A DNA stretch of 64,000 nucleotides from an uncultured Chthonomonadaceae bacterium. Its GTDB lineage: Bacteria; Armatimonadota; Chthonomonadetes; Chthonomonadales; Chthonomonadaceae. Below the pieces are notes generated by a model. It saw only the letters and a program-made list of their open reading frames with translations, searched no databases and had not been told where the DNA came from. Positions 51,873 to 61,227 of the stretch are shown one piece after another (position 1 is the first letter of the stretch; each line of letters begins with the position of its first letter). The stretch is from assembly GCA_963835065.1 (NCBI GenBank), contig CAWIEK010000068.1, forward strand, positions 93,986 through 157,985, written 5' to 3'. The position numbers and the translations under genes were made by a program.

Positions 51873-52952
51873 ATGACCGACACGCCGAATACAACCAATA
51901 ATTTGCAACTGCCTTCTGCTGCCTTATATTTCCGCGAAGGGGGCAGCGACAAGGAATACCATGCCCGCATCGAAGCCAAAGACGGCGGCTATGTCGTAAA
52001 TTTCGCGTATGGCAAGCGGGGCGCGGCGCTGACCATCGGCACGAAAACCTCCAGCCCGGTCACGCGGGAAGCCGCCGTCAAAATCTATGACAAACTGATT
52101 GCCGAGAAAAAGGCGAAGGGCTACACGCCATCCAACGATGGCAAAGCGTTCGCCATGACCGACAAGGAAGGCGCGGTATCGGGATTGCTGCCCCAATTGC
52201 TCAACCCGATTGAAGAGGGTGACGTAGCCCGCTATCTCGCGGATGACGCCTGGGTGATGGAGGAAAAGCATGACGGACGCCGCCTGATGGTACGGGTAAC
52301 GGGCGGAACCGTCGAGGGCGCGAACCGCAAAGGGCTGCTCGTAAGCCTGCCCAAAGAAATCGAAGACGCTTTGAAGGACGGCCCGGACTGCGTGTTGGAC
52401 GGCGAACTGATCGGCGCAAAATTGTACGTCTTCGATGTGCTGGCGTATGCGGGACAGGATTTGAGCGGCCAGGGCTACTTGCAGCGCGTAGCCGTCCGAA
52501 ACGCGATTCCGTTTGCCAACCGCGCAGCCTTAGATGGCGTGGAAACGTTTGTCGGAATGGACGCGAAAACGAGCGCGTACCATCGGCTGAAAGCAGTGGA
52601 CAAAGAGGGCGTTGTGTTCAAGCGCGCGGATGCCGGGTACAAAGTGGGACGGCCTACAGTGGGCGGCTCACAGGTCAAATTCAAGTTTTACGCGACATGT
52701 TCTGCCGTTGTCGGCACGGTCAATGCACAGCGCAGCGTGGGGCTGCTGTTGGAAGGCGTGAGCGTAGGCAACGTGACGATTTCCTCCAACTTCGATGTGC
52801 CAAAAGCGGGGGATGTCGTTGAAATTCGCTACCTTTACTATAACCCACAGGGCGCATTATATCAGTCCTGTTATCTCGGCGTCCGCGACGACATTGACGC
52901 AAGCGAATGTACCCTGTCGCAACTGAAGCACAAAAGCCTGATGGACGAGTAA
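51873..52952 (+). CDS. WGR domain fused to compact ATP-dependent DNA ligase
   Basis: N-terminal 'SDKEY..FAYGKRG..KKAKGY'; ligase motifs EKHDG, LDGEL, VFDVL, EGVVFK, KFK; OB-like C-terminus. Confidence 0.88.
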   Translation: MTDTPNTTNNLQLPSAALYFREGGSDKEYHARIEAKDGGYVVNFAYGKRGAALTIGTKTSSPVTREAAVKIYDKLIAEKKAKGYTPSNDGKAFAMTDKEGAVSGLLPQLLNPIEEGDVARYLADDAWVMEEKHDGRRLMVRVTGGTVEGANRKGLLVSLPKEIEDALKDGPDCVLDGELIGAKLYVFDVLAYAGQDLSGQGYLQRVAVRNAIPFANRAALDGVETFVGMDAKTSAYHRLKAVDKEGVVFKRADAGYKVGRPTVGGSQVKFKFYATCSAVVGTVNAQRSVGLLLEGVSVGNVTISSNFDVPKAGDVVEIRYLYYNPQGALYQSCYLGVRDDIDASECTLSQLKHKSLMDE

Positions 52953-52998
52953 GCACCGTTAATTGTGCGTTGAAGGTAAAAATCTGTCCAGACATTTC

Positions 52999-53027
52999 TT
53001 GACATCCGTTATCGTTTATGGCATAAT
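52999..53027 (+). promoter_or_regulatory. Near-consensus sigma70 promoter
   Basis: TTGACA-17-CATAAT with extended -10 TG. Confidence 0.8.
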
Positions 53028-53033
53028 TAAATC

Positions 53034-53100
53034 AATCCGATACTTCTCGGAGGTGGAAGATATAGTCTTCGGAGAGGCCCTTTGGGCCTCTCTTTGTTTT
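53034..53100 (+). ncRNA. Candidate DUF3800-associated small structured RNA
   Basis: Lies between that promoter and terminator GAGAGGCCC-TTT-GGGCCTCTC-TTTGTTTT; two internal hairpins; convergent with the DUF3800 gene. Confidence 0.6.
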
Positions 53101-53945
53101 TATGGCAGCCATTTGCAGCCATATCCCTGAATTCCATTTTCACTGTGCCGGTAGTATTTGCTTCCCTCTACAATCGCTTCGATTTTGCCTCCAAAGTTTG
53201 TCGGCAAGGGGCGTCCTTCTTTACGCGCCAATGCAGCATAGTAGCAAGGCCGAATTAGAAACTCTGTCAACTGCAAGCCCGCTACATTTTCACCCTTTTG
53301 TTTCAACTTCAATTCGCGGCTGCTTAAATTGGCGGCCAACTCGCTTGCAGAAACAAACCCGGTTCCGTTTTGGTGCAGGCTGTGGTAGTGCTGCTTTAGT
53401 TGCCTGTCTTCTTTGCCTCCGCGCACTTCCGCCATAACATCGCCAATACAGTTTTCTTGCCGCAGCCAGTGGACATAACGCTCAAGCAAGGTTTCCATTG
53501 CATAGTGGTAAGGGTGCGCCGGATTGGAGAAATGCTCTCTTAATCTCGCTTTATCAATGACGACGCTAAATACGGTATATTCCCAATTTTGTAAACACAT
53601 AAGTAATTCGCTATCAAAGGCTTGTTGAACGTCAGGCTGCTTCAACGCCTCGAATGGATACTTTTTATCAGCCAATTCTTTACGATGAAAAATGATCGGT
53701 TTCGGCATGGATACTGGTTCATCGGGATCGCTCCATTGCAGTATAACGGGTGGACGCTGAAAGAAGCGTTTTAAGTTTTCCATCTCAGGCGTGAGCGTAT
53801 GACGAACATATTCCAGATTGCAGGCAACGCCAAGTAGACTGAGATAACGTTCGTTTTCATCATTGGAAGACTTGATGGCGGCATGCCCAACTTCATCCAC
53901 ATAAAGGCGACATACAGGTATGCGAACAGAGCCAACACTTGTCAT
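53100..53945 (-). CDS. DUF3800 domain protein (RNase H-like fold)
   Basis: LYVDEVGH, IFHRKE, AEVRGGKED, AGLQLTEF; lower GC; start codon uncertain. Confidence 0.82.
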   Translation of the reverse strand: MTSVGSVRIPVCRLYVDEVGHAAIKSSNDENERYLSLLGVACNLEYVRHTLTPEMENLKRFFQRPPVILQWSDPDEPVSMPKPIIFHRKELADKKYPFEALKQPDVQQAFDSELLMCLQNWEYTVFSVVIDKARLREHFSNPAHPYHYAMETLLERYVHWLRQENCIGDVMAEVRGGKEDRQLKQHYHSLHQNGTGFVSASELAANLSSRELKLKQKGENVAGLQLTEFLIRPCYYAALARKEGRPLPTNFGGKIEAIVEGSKYYRHSENGIQGYGCKWLP

Positions 53946-54052
53946 AATTTGTGAACTTCTGTGGAGGAGCGCCATAACATATACGCAGCACATGCTGGCA
54001 TAAACCTTCTTCCCCATTGCTTGACTTCAAAGCGTGTTTGAAATAGTCTTAT

Positions 54053-54081
54053 GGCTCCTCTCTACAAAATAGAGAGGAGCC
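54053..54081. terminator. Hairpin downstream of dnaN
   Basis: GGCTCCTCTCTA-CAAAA-TAGAGAGGAGCC. Confidence 0.55.
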
Positions 54082-54125
54082 GTACAGAGAACGAAAGCAA
54101 GTTTATACAGATAAGAAGACTAGCA

Positions 54126-55346
54126 TTACACGATTTGCATAGGCATAAGGACACACAGGTAGTCGGGTTCGAGGGAAGGGACCGCTTCGGAGGTCGCGCC
54201 GTCTTCCTTGCCTTCTTCCTTGTCGCTGGACTTGGGCGCGATGGGAATGGGACGCAGGACGCCGGGCTTGAGTGGCTCGGTGAGTTCCAGCGTCAGGCTG
54301 CTGTCGGGGTCGAGAACGGCCAGCACGTCCAGCAGGTACTTGGCGTTGAACGCGATTTCCACATCATCGCCCTGCCGCGTCGCTTCCACTTCCTCATAAG
54401 CGTTGCCGACCATCTGGCTTTCCGCCGTCAGCACCAGTTTGTCATCCTCGCTGCGCAAAATCACGCGCTGCGCGTTTTCTCTTGCCACGATGCTGGCGCG
54501 GCGCACGGCGCGGAGCAGGGGCGTGGCCTGTACGGTCAATTTCTTCTGGTACGAAGCGGGAATCACGCGCTGATAATTCGGGAATTGGCCTTCAATCAAG
54601 CGGCTCACAATCTGCACCTGCTTTTCGCCCGGCAGCACGAACTGTACCTGATTGTTGGAAAGCGTTACGCGCACATCTCCCTCGCCATCCCCCAACAGCC
54701 GCGTCAGTTCGTTCATGCAGCGACTTGGCACAACGGCGTTTTGTGAACCCCGTCCGTCCTTTACTTTCGCTTCCTTGACCGCCAGGCGGTGCGTGTCCGT
54801 CGCCACGAACTTCAGCGTTTCACCATCGAAGACCATGTAAATGCCGGTCAAAATGGCGCGCGTTTCATCGGTAGACACGGCAAAACTGGTGTGCCGGATC
54901 ATCTCTTTCAATTGCGACTGGGGCAGCGAAAACGCAACCGCGTCGCGCACTTCCGGCAACTTGGGATACTCTTCGGCGGGCAGGCCGAGGATTTTGTAAT
55001 CGGAGCGGTCGCAATGGACGCGAACCGTGTGGCTCTTGTCCACGGAAATGGCGACATCACTTTTGTCGGGCAGGTTGCCCAGCACTTCGGTCAGTGTGCG
55101 CGAGGGGGCGGTCAAGGCTCCCGTTTCCTGAATCTGCGCGTTCACGCGGCACGAAATGCCGAGTTCGAGATCGGTGGCGATCAGGCGCAGATAGTTTTCT
55201 TCGGCCTGCACCATGATGTGGCTGAGAATGGGCAGGGCGTTGCGGCCCGATACCGCGTGTCCCACCGTCTGAACGGCTTCGTACAAATCCTTGCGCGGGC
55301 AAACGGCCTTCAGGCTGGCGGTCGTGTCAATGGCAGTTGCGGTCAT
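54126..55346 (-). CDS. dnaN: DNA polymerase III beta clamp
   Basis: LPILSH, ATDLE, VATDTHRL, RLIEGQFPNYQRVIP, AFNAKYLLD, LMPM. Confidence 0.96.
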   Translation of the reverse strand: MTATAIDTTASLKAVCPRKDLYEAVQTVGHAVSGRNALPILSHIMVQAEENYLRLIATDLELGISCRVNAQIQETGALTAPSRTLTEVLGNLPDKSDVAISVDKSHTVRVHCDRSDYKILGLPAEEYPKLPEVRDAVAFSLPQSQLKEMIRHTSFAVSTDETRAILTGIYMVFDGETLKFVATDTHRLAVKEAKVKDGRGSQNAVVPSRCMNELTRLLGDGEGDVRVTLSNNQVQFVLPGEKQVQIVSRLIEGQFPNYQRVIPASYQKKLTVQATPLLRAVRRASIVARENAQRVILRSEDDKLVLTAESQMVGNAYEEVEATRQGDDVEIAFNAKYLLDVLAVLDPDSSLTLELTEPLKPGVLRPIPIAPKSSDKEEGKEDGATSEAVPSLEPDYLCVLMPMQIV

Positions 55347-55654
55347 GTGAAAAATCCTTTCGCTTGCCCCTTCCCCTTACGCTTTCCATGTCATCCACGC
55401 GAACGCAAATCCAAACAGCGCCGCAAGTAAGACAAGAAAAACAAAGCAGGGACGGAAAGGGTGAAGAGCGTATCTTGGTAGTGTGAAAAATGGCAGGTAT
55501 TGAAATTGCCTTGTTGCGCGTCTCACCCCCACGACGGCGCAAAGACGCAAAAAGTGTCGCGCCCATTCCGAAATATTCAGATTCTTTTTGCCCGATGCTT
55601 TTCCCTTTGCCGCCCATGATATAATGGCTGTAACGTTGTACAGGAGGTATTCTT

Positions 55655-56239
55655 ATGACCATCGCTTCACCGCCACCCGCTTCCGCCTTGCTTACCTATG
55701 AGCAGTATATGGCGGAAGAGGAAATCGTTGCGCGATATAACATTGTTGATGGAGTGCGTACTCTTATGCCCGGAGCAAACTGGCCTCACCAGCGCATTGG
55801 CGGTAATCTTGAAGAAGCATTCCGCAATTTTGAAAGAGCAACCGGCCTGGGCTATGCGCTGTCTGCGCCTTTCGACGTTCTGATACAACGCGCCCCGCTT
55901 CGCACCCGTCAGCCCGACGTGTTGTTCATCAGCCATACGCGCTTGCAGCAGGGCGGCGGTATTCCTCAGCGCGGGCCTTTGCAGGTTCCGCCGGAAATCG
56001 TGGTCGAAATTCTATCCGATAGCGATACGCGGCGCATGATTGGCGACAAACTGGCCGACTACGCGGCTGTCGGCGTGGAAGAGGGATGGCTTGCGCGTCC
56101 TGAAGTGCGGACGGTTGAAGTTGTACGCCTGACTGTCGGCGGTCCGGTTTCCGTTGACACATACGATGACACCCAAACCGTGCAGTCATTTACCTTCCCG
56201 AACCTTACGGTGCCTGTTGCCGACATTTTCCGGCCATAA
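55655..56239 (+). CDS. Uma2 family PD-(D/E)xK endonuclease
   Basis: PHQRI, RQPDVLFI, PEIVVEILS, KLADYAAVGV. Confidence 0.9.
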   Translation: MTIASPPPASALLTYEQYMAEEEIVARYNIVDGVRTLMPGANWPHQRIGGNLEEAFRNFERATGLGYALSAPFDVLIQRAPLRTRQPDVLFISHTRLQQGGGIPQRGPLQVPPEIVVEILSDSDTRRMIGDKLADYAAVGVEEGWLARPEVRTVEVVRLTVGGPVSVDTYDDTQTVQSFTFPNLTVPVADIFRP

Positions 56240-56267
56240 TGAAGCCATCTTATACAGGAGGAATCTG

Positions 56268-56395
56268 ATGGCGATTTACAGAGTCGCGCCCGCGCTCCAA
56301 AACACTGACATACGAACAGTACCGCGGAGCAGGAGAAGTGGAAGGTCGCTACGACATTTTAGACGGAGTACGAACCCCGATGCCCGGTGCAACAT
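56268..56395 (+). pseudogene. Truncated second Uma2 N-terminus
   Basis: AGGAGG plus ATG; shifted frame reads TLTYEQY..RYDILDGVRTPMPGA versus LLTYEQY..RYNIVDGVRTLMPGA in the upstream gene. Confidence 0.65.
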
Positions 56396-56428
56396 GCAGG
56401 AGAGTAGTGCTGAACAGGAGCAAACTTG

Positions 56429-56947
56429 ATGACAATCACGCTGGACATATCGCCGGAAATGGAACAACAAGTTCGTGAAGAAGCCACAAGACGCGGCTTG
56501 GATATGGGCGCGTTTGCCCAACAAGTGTTTCGGGACGCGCTGGAGAAAACATTGCCTATTTCAGCCAAGCAACCGCGCATTGCCGGTCTAAATGCCGGGC
56601 AGTTCTGGATGAGCGATGATTTCAACGCGCCTTTGCCGGACTCATTTTGGCTGGGGGAAGAAGAGACATCTGCAACAAATGAAAGCATTGGAGAACGCGC
56701 CCATGACATTTACGAGCGCGTGTTGTGTATGGAGATAGAAACCGAGGAGAACATTGGTAAAGTTCTTCTGCTGAATGTGGATACCGGCGTTTATGAGATT
56801 AACACAGAAGGCTTGATTGCAAACGAACGATTGCGATCAAAGTACCCGGACACGAATCCAAGAGTGCTGTACGCTATCGGCGGAAGCATCACGCGAACAG
56901 CCCCTTACCATAACCAGAAGAAGGAGAAAGGAGTAGATTCCAGATAG
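56429..56947 (+). CDS. Chimeric ORF: DUF2281-like antitoxin fused to a decayed copy of the 57185 protein
   Basis: RIAGLNAGQFWMSDDFNAPLPDSFW, then ETEENIGKV..TGVYEI. Confidence 0.6.
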   Translation: MTITLDISPEMEQQVREEATRRGLDMGAFAQQVFRDALEKTLPISAKQPRIAGLNAGQFWMSDDFNAPLPDSFWLGEEETSATNESIGERAHDIYERVLCMEIETEENIGKVLLLNVDTGVYEINTEGLIANERLRSKYPDTNPRVLYAIGGSITRTAPYHNQKKEKGVDSR

Positions 56948-56949
56948 GA

Positions 56950-57172
56950 TGACTATGAACACGCAAAATTTGACAGCACCGCTGATCAGTTGAAGCTGGC
57001 GGTGCGTACCTGTGAACAGGTCAGCCGTGAAGCGGATAGCGCTCAGATGCTGCGACAGTCTAAGAAGGCTCAAAGGAAAGCCGCGTTCGCCTACTGCGAT
57101 GCTGTTGCGGAACAGATGCCCGGTGACTTTGATTCGGCGGAAGACTTGCGGCGTATACGCGAGGAGAGATAG
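56950..57172 (+). CDS. Small antitoxin-like hypothetical protein (probable frameshift near 56980)
   Basis: C-terminal 'DSAEDLRRIREER'; upstream ATG is out of frame. Confidence 0.45.
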
Positions 57173-57184
57173 GAGAATACCCTG

Positions 57185-57469
57185 ATGAACAACACAATAT
57201 CCGAACCACGCTTGAGCAAGGAAGAAATTAGCAGGCGAGGGGAAGAAATTTATGCCAGTCGCTTGCGCTCGCAAGTGGAAACAGAGGAGAACATTGGCAA
57301 GCTCATTGCGCTTGACATCAACACAGGCGCGTATGAGATAGACGATTACTCCCTCCCTGCCGCTGACCGCCTGCGTACCCACTTCCCTGATGCAGTTGTG
57401 TACGTTTTGCGAATAGGCTACGATGCTGTGTACGCGCTCGGCGGCACTCTGAAAAGGACGAAACAGTAA
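57185..57469 (+). CDS. Small hypothetical protein paired with aspartic protease
   Basis: RRGEEIY..GKLIALDINTGAYEI..LRIG; TAATG overlap with the next gene. Confidence 0.8.
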   Translation: MNNTISEPRLSKEEISRRGEEIYASRLRSQVETEENIGKLIALDINTGAYEIDDYSLPAADRLRTHFPDAVVYVLRIGYDAVYALGGTLKRTKQ

Positions 57470-57831
57470 TGGAAGGTTATGTCTCCGCCCGCCATGCGCT
57501 TGTACCTCTCATCATGCGTGGCGCGAATGGACAGGCCGAAGTTGATTTTGTTCTTGACACGGGATTTGCCGGCTTTCTGACAATGCCGCTGACCGAAATT
57601 AATACTCTTGGCCTGCCTTACTCGCATCCCACTGTCGCGCACCTTGCAGATGGCAGTCGTATCGTGCTTGACGTGTATAGAGCGATTGTATTATGGGATG
57701 GTGAGGAGCGCGATGTGGAAGTTATGGCGACAGGCGACGAACGACTGCCTGGCACATCATTATTGGATGGCTACGACGTCTTTATTCCATTTGAAGACGG
57801 CGGCATAATCACCATAACGCTCAGAAAATAA
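57469..57831 (+). CDS. Clan AA (retropepsin-like) aspartic protease
   Basis: FVLDTGFAG, LADG, terminal LPGTSLL (usually LLG). Confidence 0.85.
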   Translation: MEGYVSARHALVPLIMRGANGQAEVDFVLDTGFAGFLTMPLTEINTLGLPYSHPTVAHLADGSRIVLDVYRAIVLWDGEERDVEVMATGDERLPGTSLLDGYDVFIPFEDGGIITITLRK

Positions 57832-57832
57832 A

Positions 57833-57871
57833 TGCGCAGGCTGTCAGCAATGGCAGCCTGCGCGTTTTGTT
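57833..57871. terminator. Terminator between convergent genes
   Basis: GCGCAGGCTGTCA..TGGCAGCCTGCGC-GTTTTGTTT. Confidence 0.65.
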
Positions 57872-57889
57872 TACTGGTATTTACCGCTT

Positions 57890-59650
57890 TCAGGCGTCGT
57901 GGAGTTGCTGGAAGTAGGCGATGGCTTCTTCGAGGGTTTTTGCGCCCAGGTCGCCTTCGCCGCGCTTGCGGACGCTGACCGTGCCGTTCTCAATATCCTT
58001 GTCGCCCAAGATCAGCATGATGGGCACTTTCTGCATCTCGTTTTCGCGGATGCGCTTGCCCATCTTCTCGTTGCGCGCGTCCACTTCCGCCCGGAACCCC
58101 GCCGCTTTGAGTTGTGCGACAATCTCCTGCGCTTTCTCTGCGTGGCGATCCGCAATGGGAATGAGCGCGATCTGCTGCGGAGCCAGCCAGAACGGGAACG
58201 CCCCCGCGTACTGCTCGATGAGGACGCCTAAGAACCGCTCCGTCGTGCCCGTTACCGCCCGGTGCAGCACTACCGGCGTTTGCTTGTGCCCCTCCTCGTC
58301 TATGTACTCGCAGCCCAAACGCGACGGCTGGATGAAGTCCACCTGGATCGTGGAAATCTGCCATTCCCGGCCCAATGCGTCTTTTGCCAAAAAGTCGGCT
58401 TTTGGACCATAAAACGCCGCTTCGCCCACGCCCTCGAAATACTCCACGCCGTTCGCGTTCATGGCATTGCGCAGGGCGTCCTCGGCTTTGCTCCATTTCT
58501 CGTCGTCGCGCACGAATTTGCTTTCCGGGTTCTCGTCCCGCAGGGACAGCCGAACGCGGTAATCATTAAACCCGTACCGCTCCAGCACTTCCCGAATCAG
58601 TTTCAGGGCAAGCGCAAATTCGCTTTCGATCTGCGCTTCCGTGCAGAAGATGTGGCAGTCGTCCTGCGTGAGCGCGCGAACCCGCGTCAGGCCGCTCAAC
58701 TCGCCGCTTTTTTCATAGCGGTACAGCGTGGCGAACTCGGCGTAGCGCAGGGGTAAATCTCGGTACGATTTCAAGCCGCCCAGATTGTACAGCGTCATGT
58801 GGCTGGGGCAGTTCATCGGCTTCAAGCGGTAATTGATGCCCGCTTCCTTGTCCTCCATCGGCGGGAACATGGCGTCCTTGTAGTTGTCGTAATGCCCCGA
58901 CTTCTTGTACAGGTCTTCGCGCACCAGATGCCCCGTCCACACGTGCTGATAGCCGTACCGCGTCTGCACTTCCCGCACATACGACTCCATCGTGTGCCGC
59001 AAAATCTCGCCTTTGGGCAGGAACAGCGGGATGCCCGCGCCAATCGAGTCCGCCGAAAACACGAACAAGCCCAACTCGCGCCCCAAAACGCGGTGGTCGC
59101 GCTTGCGGGCTTCTTCCAGACGGTTCAGGTAGGCGTCCAAATCCGCCTGCGACTGCCATGCCGTGCCGTAGACCCGCGTCAGCATCTTGTTCTTTTCGCT
59201 GCCGCGCCAGTACGCGCCTGCCGTGTGCAGCAGCTTGAAGTGCAGTAGCTTGCCCGTACTCGGCACGTGCGGCCCCCGGCATAAATCAATCCAATCGCCC
59301 TGCCGGTAAAACGAAATCTCTTCACCCTCCGGCAAATCGTCAATCAGTTCCACTTTGTACGGCTGGTTCTGGCTGACTTCAAAATCGCGGGCAAGCGGGC
59401 GCGGCATCACTTCCCGCGTAATGGCAAAATCCCGCTTGGACAGTTCGCGCATCTTGTCTTCAATGCGCGGCAAATCTTCCTCCCGCAGCGGTTCGGGAAG
59501 ATCGAAGTCGTAGTAAAACCCGTCTTCAATGGGCGGTCCAATGGCGTACTTCACGCCGGGAAACAGTTCGCCAATGGCCTGCGCCATCAGGTGCGCGGTG
59601 CTGTGGCGCAGATTGTACAACTCGCTGCCGGGAACACAAGAATCGGACAT
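57890..59650 (-). CDS. thrS: Threonine--tRNA ligase (short form, no N-terminal TGS domain)
   Basis: RHSTAH, DLCRGPH, RDHR, KPMNCP, YRYE.SG.LSGLTRVR, AAFYGPK. Confidence 0.97.
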   Translation of the reverse strand: MSDSCVPGSELYNLRHSTAHLMAQAIGELFPGVKYAIGPPIEDGFYYDFDLPEPLREEDLPRIEDKMRELSKRDFAITREVMPRPLARDFEVSQNQPYKVELIDDLPEGEEISFYRQGDWIDLCRGPHVPSTGKLLHFKLLHTAGAYWRGSEKNKMLTRVYGTAWQSQADLDAYLNRLEEARKRDHRVLGRELGLFVFSADSIGAGIPLFLPKGEILRHTMESYVREVQTRYGYQHVWTGHLVREDLYKKSGHYDNYKDAMFPPMEDKEAGINYRLKPMNCPSHMTLYNLGGLKSYRDLPLRYAEFATLYRYEKSGELSGLTRVRALTQDDCHIFCTEAQIESEFALALKLIREVLERYGFNDYRVRLSLRDENPESKFVRDDEKWSKAEDALRNAMNANGVEYFEGVGEAAFYGPKADFLAKDALGREWQISTIQVDFIQPSRLGCEYIDEEGHKQTPVVLHRAVTGTTERFLGVLIEQYAGAFPFWLAPQQIALIPIADRHAEKAQEIVAQLKAAGFRAEVDARNEKMGKRIRENEMQKVPIMLILGDKDIENGTVSVRKRGEGDLGAKTLEEAIAYFQQLHDA

Positions 59651-59666
59651 GGTAATCTCCTGCGGA

Positions 59667-59790
59667 GGTAGACGGTAGACAGTAGACGGTAGACGGTAGG
59701 AATTGCCCTGCTGCCAGGCATTATAATTGCAACGTGTTGGAAGTAAGGATGTTGTTCCTACCGTCTACCGTCTACTGTCTACCGTCTACC
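59667..59790. repeat. Inverted pair of heptamer arrays (GGTAGAC)n / (CTACCGT)n
   Basis: Immediately upstream of thrS. Confidence 0.8.
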
Positions 59791-60075
59791 TCCTAAAAAA
59801 TTTACCGCCTCCAATCCAGAAAAGATTGAAAGCGGCAAAGGGTTACGTGTAAGTTGTGGGAATGAGAAAACGGTAGGCGCGGACACGAACAAGCAAGTTC
59901 TTAATGCGCAACGCTCAACGCTTGTAATTCCTTCCCAGGGAGACGCAACGAGCCGCAAGCGCGGCAGTATCAACCGACACTGGCGGCGCCTCCTGTAAAC
60001 GATAGATTTTTCTGCGGCATGCGGGCATCTGCGTTCCGTTTCTCATTCTGCGCACAGAATACTATGCGCTAATTC

Positions 60076-60792
60076 CTAATATCTAACAGTATGCGTGAAC
60101 ACGTCTGGTTTGTCAAGCCACAATGAAAAAATGTTGCCGATGTAGAGCGCGGGGAGTCCTGATGCTCGTATCGTTGCCGAAGCGAAAGTCGGCGATGTTC
60201 GTGCCCGGAGGCACAGGGGGTGAAGAGGAGCCGTGTCAACCTGTGTATTCAGGTGTAGCTTGACGAGGCGGTACTCGGAATCACTCGTTTTGCTGCCAGC
60301 TTCACTGATGTTCATTTCCAGAATGTGGGAAGGGAACCAGATGCCCTCCGCATACTCATGGTAGTTATCAAGAACAAAATGGGTATGGACGCGCTTGCTG
60401 CCGGGGTTTGACGTGACCAAATCCGTCGGACGCCAATGCTGTTTGGACACCGTCATTCTGCCTAACATGGGGTACTTGTAGGGCAGCAAACATTCCAGAA
60501 TGATGGTGTTGTCCGGTCCTTCTGAAATTGTGGTGTTTTCCGGCGTGAAGATTTGCGTTATTGGCGCGGCGAAGAGAAACATCGGCCTTACCGGGCTGGC
60601 AGCGCTGAAGCTTAACTTCCCTTTTACATCACGCCTCAGGGTTCCCTTTGTTGGCGTATTTAGTCCCTCTCCCACAACCTGGATCACGTTCGTGCCGTCG
60701 AACACGTCAAGGATGTGTGACACCATTTTTGTATTTTCGTCGGGCTGGACAACCTCAGCACACACGGTTTGGGCATCAGACCGCCTTTTCAC
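60076..60792 (-). pseudogene. Fragment of a beta-rich exported-type protein
   Basis: No signal peptide; starts within the atpC stop; 'GIWFPSHI' motif; apparent frameshift near 60215. Confidence 0.4.
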
Positions 60793-61211
60793 ACGCCGTT
60801 AGTATAATGCGTCATTTGCGCGATGCGGATTCGGTTGACAGTGGCTTCCAGTTCCTCGCGCAGTTTTTCGGCTTCCGCGCTGTTGCCCGGCACTTCCAAT
60901 GCCTGCCGCATCCGCGTGACTTCCGCCTGTTCGCGGGCAACGTCAATCTCATGCGCCCGCTGCGCCGAGTCCGCGAGAATAATCACCTTTTCGCGGCTGA
61001 CCTGCATAAAGCCGCCACCTGTCGCAATGAATTCCTCGCTGCCATTGGCAAGCGTGATTTTAATCAAACCGACCGTCAACTGCGTGAGCAGAGGCGCGTG
61101 TCCGGCCAAAACGCCAAACGAGCCGTCAATCCCCGGCGCGCGCACCGCCTGCACTTCCTCAGAAAACAACAGCCGCTCCGGCGTCACCAATTCGAGCGGA
61201 AAAGTAGCCAT
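60789..61211 (-). CDS. atpC: ATP synthase F1 epsilon subunit
   Basis: LELVTPER, GSFGVLAGHAP, GGFMQV, ILADSA. Confidence 0.95.
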   Translation of the reverse strand: MATFPLELVTPERLLFSEEVQAVRAPGIDGSFGVLAGHAPLLTQLTVGLIKITLANGSEEFIATGGGFMQVSREKVIILADSAQRAHEIDVAREQAEVTRMRQALEVPGNSAEAEKLREELEATVNRIRIAQMTHYTNGV

Positions 61212-61227
61212 GTTCGGGATTCTCCCG

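Noticed and set aside
59651..60075. T-box leader upstream of thrS
   Set aside because: No AGGGTGGNACC-like T-box motif found on the minus strand.
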